Below, piece after piece: positions 41,163-55,034 of a DNA stretch of 64,000 nt. The stretch is from assembly GCA_973851085.1 (NCBI GenBank), contig OZ316775.1, forward strand, positions 7,378,001 through 7,442,000, in the 5' to 3' direction. The notes under the pieces were generated by a model. The model was not told where the DNA came from. It ran no database searches and saw nothing but the letters and a program-made list of their open reading frames with translations. The DNA is from Ptychomitrium polyphyllum (lineage: Eukaryota). The translations under genes were made by a program, and so were the position numbers. Position 1 is the first letter of the stretch, and every line of letters starts with the position of its first letter.

Positions 41163-44100
41163 CTAATCTGCATTGGCTAGGCAGGCATAAGCTCGGTCCA
41201 ATACATTTTGTAACGCTTCCTTTGCCTGCTCCAGAGTTTCAACGGCATGGACCTCATCGAATGAAACTCTTTGCACGTTAAACTGCATCCATAGAAAAGA
41301 AACAGCAAGTGTCCACGCCGAAGTCAACAACAATGCTGATTTCAGATAACTTTCGCCAAGTGCATAAAACACAGGATTGACTTTGACCGTTCCTAAGACT
41401 CCTCTAATGAAACTTCCTTCTGGGAAACACAGTCCACAAGACCACAAGTACCAACTAACTCCGACGAATCTTCGAGGCCTTATGTCACTGATGCAAAGGT
41501 GAACTAATCACCATCTATAACGCAGTATAGTTTCAGTCAACTGGATGTCTTGTGTATTTCATAAGAACAAGCTCATGCCCGTACAGGGACAATTTAGAGG
41601 ATTTACACGTAGTATAAAGAAGCTATTTTATCTCTTCTTCAGAAGCATTCTAGATGCTCTCAATTGTCATTTTCGTTGCGTGACGTCTTACATTAGATTC
41701 CTGCATTTTATTAATAGTGTATAAACAAACTGCAGATGAGATAGAATGTAAAATGAAACACGGCCATTGTCAAATTAACCGTTAATTTTCTAGAGTTCTA
41801 CGCTTAAGGGACTCTGTACATTATACATTCATCGATTCTAGAGTTGAGGAAAACTGGAAAAGAGAGTTAGTCACCTGAACACCTTGGCGTACACGGATAT
41901 CAGCTCCTTTACTATCTATTGAAATCAGGGCAACGTCATCAACTTCTACCTCTGTATTCAGCACTTCCCGCAAAGGCATTGAGTACTTTGCATTCAACTC
42001 CTGCAACCAGATAAGGACGAAATTCATACAAGGATGGGATTCCATCTTAGACGTGAAAAAGACCTTGTTATAGAGATCGTCAGAGGTGGATCAAACCAGT
42101 AAATAAATTCTTGCTATTCAGCAGTCTGCTTACCATCATACAAAAATAGTAGCTAATGTACTATGATAAAATTAATAGTCTCGAATAAATCAACAGCTTA
42201 GATAAGACAATGGAATGTCTGAAGTCGAAAAACCTTCAAGATGTCTTCAGCTCCCTTCACTGCAATAATATCAGGCTGTGCTTTCTCATACTCTTTAACA
42301 TCAACCCATGCCACTGTGCCGAAGCCGCCCACAAAGTAAATGTCACTGCATAGTAGTAACACGCCAACTTTTAAGCTGTGTTGCCAGTGGAGCAGTTGTT
42401 CTATTGCACTTAGCTTGATAGAGTATTCTGGAGGAGTGCACGCTACAATTTAATTAGTAGTAGGGTGGACGGTAAGCTACCTTATATTATGCATACGATA
42501 ATACGTAAAATTGCCCCACTTGTATGTGGGAGAATGTTGATGCTTCTCACTATAAAATTTATGCGCCAATGCCTGCACATGCAATAAATATCACCCAAGC
42601 AATCAGAATCTTCTAAATAATCGGCGAGACTATGTGATAAGTAGGAAGGAGGAGAACTAATCTATAACAAAGAGTCTGGTTTATAACATCGAGTAATCCC
42701 GTGGATTGACCTGACTGTACACAATTCCACGAATTCATAGCCGGGTAAGATTAAGCACTCACCTGTTGATCCGGAGATAGAGGATACACATCACCAAAAA
42801 TAGTAACTCTTGCATTTCCTAAACCACTCGAACCTGGTAGCTGCCGACACCCATACCACGTATGTAAACATCATGCAACTAAGTCAACAAGCAAGGAGTG
42901 TTTAATCCCAACACATAGCAGTGATAAAAGAGCAGAGTACTGAATCACTGGAGCCAGTAAACTGTTTCACCAAATGGGTTCAGGGAGCATACTTGGATTA
43001 CTACTGTGCACCTTGGGTCTACCAGTAAGTTCCTTGTGTGAATTGCTAGAGGGGAAAAGGAGAAGATTAGGTCTGCAAGGACATCGATGTCATGTTTGAG
43101 TTACTTGGCACCTTTAGATACAAAACCATCAATCGGAGTCTAGAATGCTATGAATTGAATCTACACCAATTACAAAATGAGCAACTCTTACGTCCAGAGT
43201 CATCTGGAGCAAAATCCACGAACGAACCACACGGGTATCCTTGTCGATGGTGATGCATACGCGACATGATGGTACACAAGTGGGCAAACTGTGCCTGTCG
43301 TTTCACACACGCCGAACTCAATAGTTAAATGGATACTTCCAGTACAGTTTAACACACGTATCCCTTGCATCTTTAAAATTCGTTTTCAAAATCTCCTGAA
43401 AATCCCCGGTCAAATCAACATTATAGCGCCTCTAGAAATACACTCCTCGACAGCAAGTCTGCCTCATGAAGCTAACCCTAAAACGAAGCTTTGATTACCA
43501 GTTGAAAGACTTATACTGCATAATAACATATTGAACCCAAAAGCTTGAAGTCCTAAGGAAATATATGAAAGCACCTGCTCAATTAGGTTGCGGACAGCGA
43601 CCGTGGGAGCAGGAAGATTGTGAGATGATGTAGCACTCTGCACCCCTCCAGTTATAGGTGTGCGAAAAAGCCCTGAGCGGTTACTGTTGGCGCCATTGCA
43701 CGCAATTTGATCCAAACTCATGGCCTGAGTACAATATAAATCTCCAAATTCATATTCTATACTAAAATTCATCCACAACCCACATTTCCTATTGAGCCTT
43801 CATTAATATAACGAACAAGTAGATATGCTCGATTGCGCTCACTGTAAAGCACGCTGACTAACATGGATGGGGTAGAAGCTAAGTGCTTCAACCTCTCAAC
43901 TTTAGGTCATACCATCTCAATAATTCAGCCAACTTATCTTGTTACCATAGATGGCTGTGATAAACGAACCTGTGCAGAAGGTTCAAAAGGCTTGAGAGCC
44001 CCATTGTCAGAGCTTCTCTTGAATTGTGAGGCTCCATTCCCATTCTTAGACCTGGCAGTCGCAGGAGGCTTAAGTGCGCCGTTGTCGGCGCTTATCTTCA

Positions 44101-44518
44101 ACTGCGAGGCGTCATTGTCGGCCCCAGACATGGCATTGTCTCTGAGAAGAGATGATATTTCAAAATAACTACTGCCACACTTGCCTTGCTTCCAGGATTT
44201 CCCAACTTTCAAACTGGCTTTCTCACTGCAAGATCACTAACAGCTGCGAAGTGAGAAAACATTTGGCCTCACATTCTAGACATTCTAATATTCCCAACTT
44301 CGCCGATACACAGAGACACACACACCAGGGTGACAACGTAGCCAGCTACCGACTCAAAAGACAAACACTTACCTGGAAAAAACACCATTCTTCAAATTGC
44401 TAGATTCGTTTAAGGAGACTTCACGAGAAGACAAGTGCACTTTCGAAGCACTCGAACTAGACTGACTTCCTGTAGCACAACCAAGTGCTCGCAATGCGCA
44501 ACTCCGAAGAACATCCAT
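41163..44518 (-). CDS. FMN-binding split-barrel (pyridoxamine 5'-phosphate oxidase/HugZ-like) protein with probable plastid transit peptide, multi-exon
   Basis: Ser-rich N-terminus MDVLRSCALRALG. Motifs: RSGLFRTPITGGVQSATSSHNLPAP, AQFAHLCTIMSRMHHHRQGYPCGSFVDFAPD, FSFSPLAIHTRNLLVDPRCTVVIQ, GLGNARVTIFGDVYPL, WGNFTYYRM, IYFVGGFGTVAWVDVKEY, ISIDSKGADIRVRQG, FNVQRVSF. Confidence 0.85.
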
Positions 44519-45780
44519 GGCCAGTGCCCACTGAAACACTAGTACTCTAAACTTCCGCAACGCTTACAACGCCGCCAGACGAAGTCACCATCAGCAAGCC
44601 ATTGTCCTTGCAGAGAAATCCACTATCACTTCACCTCACCTAACTTGTTTTTGAGTACTCTTCTACAGTACACTCACACACACCGACCTCGTCGACATAA
44701 CAAAGATGTTCCTGCAATGCGCTTCACCTTCCGCCGTACTAGATTCTACATAGCAAAAGCATGAAGAAACAGGGGAGACTCCCAGTAGACATCCAGGAGA
44801 ACTCAGGGATGCGCATCCTAAACCATTTCTATACCAAAAACCGTCATTACTGTATCTACAAGTAGTACTTGTGATTTTCTAAACTCTAGAAAGATTGTAC
44901 ATTATATTGCAATTGGGTTTAGAGACGGTTTTGGACATGCATGTCAAGTTCCTGCACTCACCTAATCCTCCTTTCCTGTTTTCCCGCTGTGAGTAGGATC
45001 GCCTGTGGCGAGTGTATGGTGCTAGAAAAACATCGGCGCTAGAAAAACATTGGCGCTTTCAGTTTTGATTGACATAATTTAAGGACAATGGATGATGGAT
45101 TGTTTGTCAAGTAATGGACTCTAACAACATCAGCATCCAAAAGTCTAACCAGAAGTAAGAGAATTCTGTCTTCATTGTTTTGTATTAACATAGTACAGCG
45201 GGAGTTTGGACGGATTGCTGTCACATAGTATTACGGCCAACTCAGAAAGAAATTTTGAATATAGCAAGATCTTTCCGATATGGAAAACTGTTCCTCATCT
45301 GGGTTTAGACGTTACCCCACAGTTACAACATAGTAATGTGTCCAGAGTTCCCTGTTGGGTTGTTTGTGACAAAGTAGTTCCCTCTTATAACTTGTGCGTC
45401 TCAAAATTCTAGGCAAATGTACAAGAACTGTGAGTTTCTGTTATCACTTTGCATTAACTTAATTTAGCTACTATGTTTAAGTGGGAGTATGTGACCATTA
45501 GTTTAAGGTTGAATTTGCAGCATATTATTCCATGTAGTATTACAAATATTTTTATATTGGTCCATCAGCGCACAGGTACTCCAAAACTCCATGTTTGTTA
45601 AATCGGCAAATCGCCGTTGTTTTGACCGCTGAAATTAGAATGGATGGGGCAACTTAACGTTGTGATAACAAATCATTAGAAATTAAATTTCTAAATCATT
45701 TGTTGTGGAGTACGCAGGTAGTGTGAGAAGTGACTTGTTATATTTTGAAGAATTAAAGAACAAGTTTGAAGTTTACAGCA

Positions 45781-47505
45781 ATGAGATTCTTGAGCACCCA
45801 AATTGTTGTGGTCAGTCTTTGCATCGGAATTCTTGTTGTGCTACTTGCTTGGACAGAGATAGGTAGGCAAGTGCTCGACCGCTTTCAAAGTGATGAGCAA
45901 CAAGTCAATATGAATGATGTAACAAGGCCAGCAATTTCAAGCCGGCCTGCGATGGTTGATAAGGATTACACAAATTTGCCTCACAAGAGATATTTGTATG
46001 GAGATATGAAGATCCAGAGAAGATTAATAGAAGTCCAGAGATTGTTTGTTGGCAAACATGGATCTGTCGACTTCAACACCGTTCAGGAAGCGGTAAATTC
46101 TGTTGTGGACGACAACGCTGAACGAGTAATCATTCACATCGAAGAAGGAACGTACAAGTAAGTGAAACTAGACTAAGAAGGTAGAAGTGGTCATTCAATT
46201 TCATTTTCGTTGCAGTTTCAAAGTATTTCTCGGAGAATGTGGTGGTCTATGATAGTGGTGGATAGCTTTGCAAAATAGTTTGTTTCTTACAAAGTATTGC
46301 TGCCTAATCAGGGAGAAAGTACACTTGCCAATCGACAAACCCTATATCACATTTGAAGGAAGTGGTATGCACAGAAGTATCATCGCTTGGGACGACAGTG
46401 CGGCCAAGTCTGGTTCAACCCTTGATACAGCAACGGTAGTTGTGAACGGAGATCACTTCATCGGACGCAACATTAGCTTCAAGGTACTGTGTCACACTAA
46501 TGATAATATATCAACACTAGCACTGATACTTGTAAGGAATTTGATAAGAACTCAGACGATAGAAGCAAGCTTGATGAACTTGATACTGATTGCAATCGAA
46601 TGAAAATCTCTGAGCCATGAACAGAATACTGCGGGCATTGGCGCGCAGGCGATTGCACTTCGGGTTTCAGGAGATGCAGCAGCGTTCTATAGCTGTGGGA
46701 TGTATGGATATCAAGACACATTGAATGATGATCAAGGTCGCCACCTCTTTAGAAACTGTTACATTGAGGGCGCGATTGATTTCATCTTCGGCAGTGGTAG
46801 ATCCCTTTATGAGGTATCAAATCCCTGAGCCAATTCAGTTTGAAGCTCTTTTTTTTTTTTTTTTTTTTTGTATAGCACATTCTAAACTTGGTGATCTGTT
46901 AATTCCTGTAGAGATGCACTATAAAATCAATCGCAAGTTCGTCAGGATACATGACAGCTCAAAGTCGGTCAAGACGGGACGAGAAAACTGGTTTTGGATT
47001 TGTGAACTGCGACGTTGTTGGAACTGGCAAAATCGTCCTTGGGCGAGCATGGCGGCGATACGCTCGTGTTGTCATAGCTACATCACATATGGATGACATC
47101 ATTGATACCGCAAGATGGGATGCTTGGGGGAATGAAGATGCACAAGAGTAAGTGCCAGTTAATTAGTTGAATGAGCTTTTTTTGTCAGTCTTAATCATCG
47201 TGTGTTCCTTAGTCACCATAATCCCGACTTGACTTAACTTCCGTATGCTCCGAGTTTTAGCATTCATTGAGAAATAGAAATGTTAAGCACACATCCCAGA
47301 TACATGCAAATTGCGTGAGTTTTAATTGTCTTTTTGCCAAATGGATGGTCTGGTCAGGACTATCTACTTTGGAGAACACGAGAACAGCGGGCCAGGGGCT
47401 CACTTAGAGGGAGATGTTCCGCTACTGAGGCACCTTTCTTCCGATGATGCTGCAAAGTTCACTCGGATCAAGTGGATTGATGGCTCCGACTGGCTCCAAG
47501 AATGA
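45781..47505 (+). CDS. Pectin methylesterase (CE8, no PMEI pro-domain), 5 exons
   Basis: N-terminal hydrophobic segment; [72 protein letters not shown]. Catalytic QD/D/RxW residues present. Confidence 0.93.
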
Positions 47506-48337
47506 TGACTGTGGCTATGCTGGACCATGTAAGAGATCATGATTGGCTGTCCCAGTTAATTGTCGTAAATTCATTAGATTCATTGTGAACTAAAGAATGA
47601 TTGGTTTACAAGGTGTTAGAGTCCCTGAATACTTAACAGGCTAACTGGAGGTTCCATGTCAATTCCTCACACTCATTGTATTCTCAGCCTGATGGATCCC
47701 TTGCCAAGTATGACCGCAGATTCAGAGATGGATGATAAGCTTGCTCTTACATGATACAGCATGGCTGCAACCATCATGCTAAAGACCTCTTCTTGAAGGT
47801 TCAGATTCTTACTCACGTCGATTAATAAGCTTTTCCTGCTTCATAGGTCCTGGAGAGGTAATAGGGTGCATTTGACTTGGCTCTGTATAGGTTACATACG
47901 TACTCTTTTGATCCGAAAAAGATTCCAATCTTATTTTTGAACCAAGAATTACGTTAGAGTTACGAGGATTAGTTGATAGCTCATAGCGTAACCAAATCCA
48001 ACAAAGTTTACACTAAAAATAAGTTAGGCGGTGATTGAGCTCCAAAAATACTGTTATGTTGTCTCAAAGACTATTAACGAACTTCCTATTGAGACGGTAC
48101 ATGGCCTGAATATCAGCTCAGTTAGGAACAGGGCTTTTCTATCTTACAATTTACGGTTGATTCATTTCATAAATCACCTGAACATCATACTGTGTACTTC
48201 CTGCGTATTGTGCGCATTTACTTCAAAACTTCTGAACCGTCAAATGCTTACATCGAATTCTATTACCAGAGGTGTAGGCCTCTCTAATGGAGGTGTTGCC
48301 GTACAAAAAGTTGCCCCTGTGCTAGCAAGGTCGATGG

Positions 48338-49785
48338 TCATAGCATCAGGGGTCCCGCATCCATTGTCATGGATGCAACTAGAGCAGCAGGGCGGGCGGA
48401 AAAACTTGTTGCTTTGGCATAAAAGCTACTCCCGCCTGTTGAACCAGAGTCGGTAAAGAAGGCACCGCCCTGAAAGTTGTCATCCAAGCTTCTCCAGTTC
48501 CACTTCTCCCATCCATCAATGCTACTGCCGTCATCTTGAATGCGCTTCGTCACCTCTTTAAACGTTCCAGCCGTGTAGAAATTTCCTTCACTGTTGATAG
48601 TTGGATTCTCACTTCCACCAATGGCGTACATAAGCCATGGACTGTAGAAATTATTTACAATGTGGAAATATCCAAATCGACATCTGCAATGCCGTCAGAT
48701 CAGGATGCTCTGATCAGCCATAGCTAAGTTGTGTAGAATACCACAGCATGTTATGGTTAATGTTGCTTCAGAAACATCAAGGAAAGAAAAGGTTTTCTTG
48801 ATCAACCCACCTTGGGATGCGCTCAACAAGACCCTCGCCGAAGTGGTTGAAGGCAACAGTGACCTGCATGACCTTGTCGAAGCTGTCCTTTGGATGACCT
48901 CCTAGAAGCATCACCTTGTCGTGCTTCGTGAAGTAGTTGTTCGAAATCGTCACGGCAGTGGAGGCTTCAGTGACATCGACCAAACCATCCGCACAGTGAG
49001 AGAGAAAGTTGTGATCAATCCAAATGTCGTGAGATCCATATACTGAAATCGCATCACCGTCAGCCTTCCCCCGATCTCCGAAGTGATCCGGGCTGCCTCG
49101 AATCACAGCGGGCCCTGTCTGCTTGATGTCGTGGATGTGCACGCCGTGGATTATCACATTATGCACGTGTTGGATGGTGATAGAAGCTCCTCCAGCAATG
49201 TGCACGTTGGCGCCACGCCCATCGATAGTCTTGTAGCTGTTCACAATGAGCTCATTCTTCAGCTTGATGTTCATGTTGCGAGAGAATATGATCCACAGAG
49301 GCTCAGTCTGCAGGGCGCCATAGCGAAGCGTGCCTGGAGCAGGGTCGATCACATCATGGTCGCTGTCATCTGTCACGACATAAATTTGCCCGTTTCTGCC
49401 GCCGATGGCGCTTTTACCAAATCCGACGGCGCAGTCTGCAAGGCCCTGCCGGTTGGACCTCCAGTGCGGATCGCACCTCCAGCAATCGTCGATGGGGTTC
49501 CCCGTTCCACATCCCGAAAGCACTCTTCGGGTGTAGTTGTCGCTGGCAGCAAGAGCGTCCCTGCAACATAAAATAGTAAGTTGGTCAGCCATGTCAACAG
49601 AAAACAGAGTGGCCATGGCTCGACCACAACTTTTAAAATACTAAAGCATTATGCTGCAATATATGTTACCTGTCATGGACATTTTCGCCGGAGTCAGCTC
49701 TAAAGGACTCTTCCGTTGGCTTCGCTGCCCAACACAGCGGCAGCAAGGCAACCAGCTTGAGCAGATGCAGTGAGTTTGGCGCCAT
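48338..49785 (-). CDS. Pectate lyase (PL1), 3 coding exons, secreted
   Basis: Signal peptide [109 protein letters not shown]. Confidence 0.95.
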
Positions 49786-52700
49786 GGCTCCTGATCGTCT
49801 CTGATAAAAATGTTTATCGTTTTGTGGAAAGAATACTACATTCAGAAGAAAATCTCTACACCTAACAATGTCCGTAGATAAGCGAGCTGCATCTCAGCTG
49901 ACAAGAGCCGTCAGTTGATCTGTGACTCAACTGCCTCAAATGATCAAGAATTTGTATCGTCATGATGGAACAACTTTCTTAACTTTTCTAGGGCATCGAG
50001 TATCGTTTTTCTAAGATTTTTAATTTAAATTCGAACTTCAGCATCCGCCACATTTTCCAGTGCTTATACCATCAGACTTTTAATGTTCTCCTACACAGTG
50101 TGTACAGTAGACAAACGCACATCATGTAACAACCACCAAATGGCATTAAGGCGCGCGAGATCATGTACCACCAACGTGCACTACAGCACTCAAGAACTCA
50201 TCGACTGTAGCTTACCGAAATGCGGAAGCTAAACTCGATCAGTCGGATCCCACTTCTTCCAAGTTGAATTTCACCACTTCAACGAAGCTAGTATCACCAT
50301 CCTGCATACTCGACTGCGTGCTCCACCATCGAAGCTGAACCTATCAGCATAAGGTTGAACCTGCATACCCCGAGCTTAGAAAATGAGCTCCTGCTTAAAA
50401 CTTTTCAAAGACAACCACCTGCAAAAAGCTTTGATGTGTTACAATGTAGAGACAGAGAAATTAACAGCATGCAAGTACTAGTCTGTGCCACTCTAGCTCC
50501 CTCCTATCAATAAGCTCCTATGGAGTGCCTGGTATGGTGCCTAGGCAGGTTAAGTCAGGACTCAGAAGCTAGAGTGCAAGATGAGTTCTAATGCATGAAT
50601 CATGGGCATCTTGCAAGGACCTATTTGATTGGGATATATATATGTGCAGGCGTTTCATCGATGGCTAAAACCTCTGCAGTCGATCTTCAGGAGCCATGAG
50701 TGCTCTGCTATTAAAGTAGTAATAAGTTAAAGAAGTGATGCACCAATTAACCAATTCGCAGACATCATCAGTAACAATGTCTGACGTCCCGTAAGCAATT
50801 GATTCCGTAGCGGAGGAAAAGGATAGAAACAAATGATTTTGCATTTACTGTACCCTGGAATTCATGTTAAGATATTAACTTCTGTCTGCCGTAATACGAC
50901 TGAGACTGCAGGTGTTTCAGATCTGCCAGTGCTGTAACAATCTGCACAGTGTTAATCCAAAGGCTATAGCTGTGAGATAGGCGTCAGCTGGTGGGAGAAA
51001 GTACTTTTCCGAGCCTGGACTGTAAGGGAGCAAGGAGCATGCAAAGGCAGCTGCACGGAGGTGTAGAATTTGACATGTGGGTAAAGATAGGGGTAAGGTA
51101 ATTTATGTACAAATGCATTATTTGCTGCTACACACGTGATGAGAACGTGTAGTAAGACTGGCTACTATGAGAGGAATGTATCGATAATAGATTGAAGTAT
51201 AAAGGAACTCCTTGCCGATTATTGTGTGGAGTGAGTTAGTCTTCATGCCATGCTTCACGTAAGTTACCCACAGGTGCAGTATCCACGAAGCTGAGCACAG
51301 ATTCACAGGCTCACAGAGTTGACGATGAAGAAGAGATGGAGCGAGGAGATTCACAGGCAGCAGTCTTGCCTCATATGGTAATGTGCTTCCCTGACACTGT
51401 ACCCCTCATCCTGACTCCAAGTTGTCTCTGCAGCTCCTCTGCAACTTGCATTGTTCATGTGACCTTAGGACCAGTTTACATGTGGGATGGAGGCCCATCC
51501 ACCCCTTTGAGACATCTTGGTGCCATTCCTTCATTGAATGAGCTGCTACCTTAATCTTATAGATCGGCATTAACAAATCAGCCTCAAGAACCCAGTTCTT
51601 GGGTCTCCAAAATACTAGTACCATTCTGGTTGGGATGGGGGCCATCTTACACCCAAAACTTTCAAAAGACTAAGCAAATATAAAACTAGATGGCCTTGAC
51701 TCCTCGTCTAAAATGGTTAAGGCTGATCTCACCCTTCTTCACCAATAAGAAAGGGGAATTCAATCATTCCTTGGCCTTAACTAGGCCTTAGACTCACATG
51801 TAAAGTCCTATTATTCTTACGATTCGAAGAACCTGTGAAGTCACGACTTCTGCTATGGCACGTGTTGATACCATATTGTCAGAACGAGTACCACGCTGCC
51901 CTGGCACCCAAAAGTCTACACTAGCACTAGAACATATTACAATGAAAGTCTTAAGTTAGTGATCATCAAGACAAAGGGAAAATGGATAAGCTCATTATCA
52001 GAGTTTGAATTTCAAATATGCTCCATATTTGACACCTCTTCCTGGCTTCTATATTCTCACATAAGGCTATGTTAAAGTTTGAGTTCATAGTTTCGAATGT
52101 ACTTTCAGGGTCACAGAGTCGCTTGTGTGAAATTTTACTCGATGAAGGACCTCACCTGCCGTGCATTTAGCTCAACTTTCTCAAGGCCGCTCAGTGTTTC
52201 GTGAGATGTTTACTTCCCTAGTACTTCTTGACGATTACAGCCACGAAGAACTTGAGATTTGTTCGAAGTGAAAAATCACTTTCTCATGATCCAGTGTCCA
52301 TCGAAGAGGATCTCGCTTTTTTTGCGGTGAGAGCCCTGATATACTCCTGTACATCTACTTTGACAAGATGTAATCAAGAAAATTTAATCACAGGATCGAG
52401 CCACACAGATTTCCTGCAAGAACGTGGTTGATAAGGTGAGCACATGGCAGATCGAATAACAGCCTTGCTTTAGGAGCGCACAACAGAAACTTCAGAGGAG
52501 GATTGCAACTGGAGTATCATTGACATCAATGATAGTATGGGTCTCTCATCAAGGTAACCGTTCACATGCTTCCTGGAGTTGTCGGCCTCTTAGTAGTCCT
52601 CTGCAACTGTTGCCAGGCTTCTTCCTCCTCACCATGGACCAATATGAACACTCTTGACCTTTTCATAGAGGGATGGAGATTACGAGTCGGTGTAAAATGT

Positions 52701-54605
52701 GCAAGGGCAGACTGGCTTAGAATGGGTGGGTATATTTCGATCACTACACATTGAGTACTGATTGCTTCTATCAACTGATGGCCTTAATAATTCATCTCCT
52801 ACTCTCAAGTACGTCCTTCAGAGTTAGTGATTTATGCCTGGTTATGTGGTGTTTACTTGTATGATTCGGAAACTGCATTGCACTTGTGTGATACATGATT
52901 TTAGTGCAAACTTCAAAGTAAATGAGACATCCTGTATTTAGGTCTATCTCATTCCGACAATAAAGCAATCGAACGAGGCATTACATGTTTAACAAACTAA
53001 TCAAAATACTGATGGTAGCTTGCCTTCAGAAATATGCTTATTGAAACCTCCAACAATAAAGTCGAGGATTATCCAGCTCGAGAATCTTCTCAACTTCTTA
53101 AAAGTATACCTTAGAAACTATGGTACTCAAATACGTCTAAAGGAAGTATATATGTCAACAAATCATCAGGAGATTATGTCCAGAATTGCAAAAATATTCA
53201 GGTGATCCATAACGCAGTCTCGATGCTATTGTAAGGTCTCCAACTTTCCCTTGTAATCTTCAAACGCGTAATTCTACCTGTGTGATAAGTTAGAGCACAT
53301 TATTACCTATTTACTTACAAAGGACGAACAGGGGCTGCATCTAATCTTTAAACATTTTGAAAGAGCAAAACTCCATTGCAAAGATATTCTTCAAACAAAT
53401 TAAAGAGGTAAAAGAGCTATGACAAACAAAGATGCTGAAAAACATTGCTGACCTACTTCGACTTTGTATGTAGTTCTTGACTTAAATGCGGATTTGGAGA
53501 GTCTCACCAAAGTCGAGCATATACTTAATGAATGTTCCCTTGAAATGATTATGGGTAAGATAGCTGTCCGTTAACCAGATTTTCTAGTTGTGAAGAGGAA
53601 GCTCTCAAGTCTATCCGCCAGAAGCGTTGAATCTACAGTGAGCCCGGATCGCAGTTCACGAGGAATCTTGCACAGCACTAAAACTTCTTTGGGAACCCAC
53701 TGGAGCTACAGAAACCAAGTCAAAGATGGTTAGGTAGTAGAAGCGAACAAGCGAAGATTACCAGTGTAAGATAAAAACCTAGCTGCCGGTGATCAACTAA
53801 GGGAGTAAAAAATGCTTGTCGCTGCTCGTTTCAATTACAGATTGCAGCAAACTATTTTAGTGAGCTCTGCAGTTTAAATTAAAAAATTAAATAAAATGCC
53901 AGCAGACAATGTAACTGACTCCTCAACCATTGGAGGTATTTCTTCATTTCTGTGTCATTTTTCACGCACAGAATTAAGCCATGACCTGCAGTAGCTACCA
54001 AATTTTACTGCAAATCTAGAATACAATGGTTGAATTTGAAGATTTAAAAAGAGCAAATTGTAACGAAGAGCTGTAGCCATCATTCTCTTTCCGATTGCTT
54101 CGTAGATACTCCAAACTAGTGAAGGCCAGGCTGTTGATATTAAGTACTGTTCTCACCAGACACATCCATTTGATCAAAAGCAAGGTCGCTGCAAAGAAAC
54201 TTCGAGAATGCTTTCCTTGCAATTCCTTGCAACCAATGACCATCCTGTTAATTGCAAATACACTTGCTGCTGTAAATCAACAACAAGAATCAGCTAAAAC
54301 TAGGCCCCCACTGATTCACCACAACTCTCGAGCAACTTTTGCTGAGTTTATTATCTCGGTACGTGAAGCTCGGGCACAGTGGCGGCTCAGAAATAACATA
54401 CAAGTTCAAACCGTTCTCAGAATAGCTGGAGGTGAAAGCTTCACCGTGAAGCTTTGGCTTCATAAAAACCGAGCTCCTCCTTGTCATTCATCACATTCTC
54501 TCTTTTTTGACCGTGTGCTTTCGATCGTGATTGCGAGAACACTATATTGCTTTCTGCACAGATAGTATTTGATAGGTCTAGACAGAGCGTCCAACCAAGC
54601 TTGCA

Positions 54606-55034
54606 ATGGCGACCAAGGCTGAGCACTGGCAGAGGGAGGGCCACTCGACTGTGTCTTCCTGGATAGTGGCAGACGGAGCGCAGAAGGTGATCGACTTCAT
54701 GACCCAAGTGCTCAACGCGCAGACGGTGTACCAATTTGAGAATGACGCCGACAAGACCATCTTGCACGCAACGCTGCGCATCGGCGACACGGCCGTGATG
54801 ATCCACGACGGGAACAAGGACGCCCCGGCGTTTCCGACGTGGTTGCACGTTTATGTGGAAAATGTGGACAAAACCTACGAGCTCGCATTGAGCAGGGGCT
54901 TGAAGTCGGTGCAAGAGCCCAAGGATGAGTATTTCGGCGATCGGATGTGCGCTGTCAAGGACTCCGCGGGCAATACGTGGTGGATCGCGACGCACAAGTT
55001 CAATCCGGAATGCTCCGAGAAGACTCACGAGTGA
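54606..55034 (+). CDS. VOC-superfamily (glyoxalase/bleomycin-resistance, PhnB-like) protein of bacterial type, intronless CDS
   Basis: 142 aa: EGHSTVSSWIVADGAQKVIDF, ILHATLRIGDTAVMIHD, LHVYVENVDKTYELAL, SVQEPKDEYFGDRMCAVKDSAGNTWWIAT. Start context GCAATGGCG. Probable 5'-UTR intron 54359-54561. Confidence 0.9.
   Translation: MATKAEHWQREGHSTVSSWIVADGAQKVIDFMTQVLNAQTVYQFENDADKTILHATLRIGDTAVMIHDGNKDAPAFPTWLHVYVENVDKTYELALSRGLKSVQEPKDEYFGDRMCAVKDSAGNTWWIATHKFNPECSEKTHE

Noticed and set aside
45020..45057. 17-bp tandem duplication GCTAGAAAAACAT(C/T)GGC, with a similar 30-bp duplication at 61310-61365
   Set aside because: Two-copy slippage duplications with no spacers; not CRISPR-like and no evident function.
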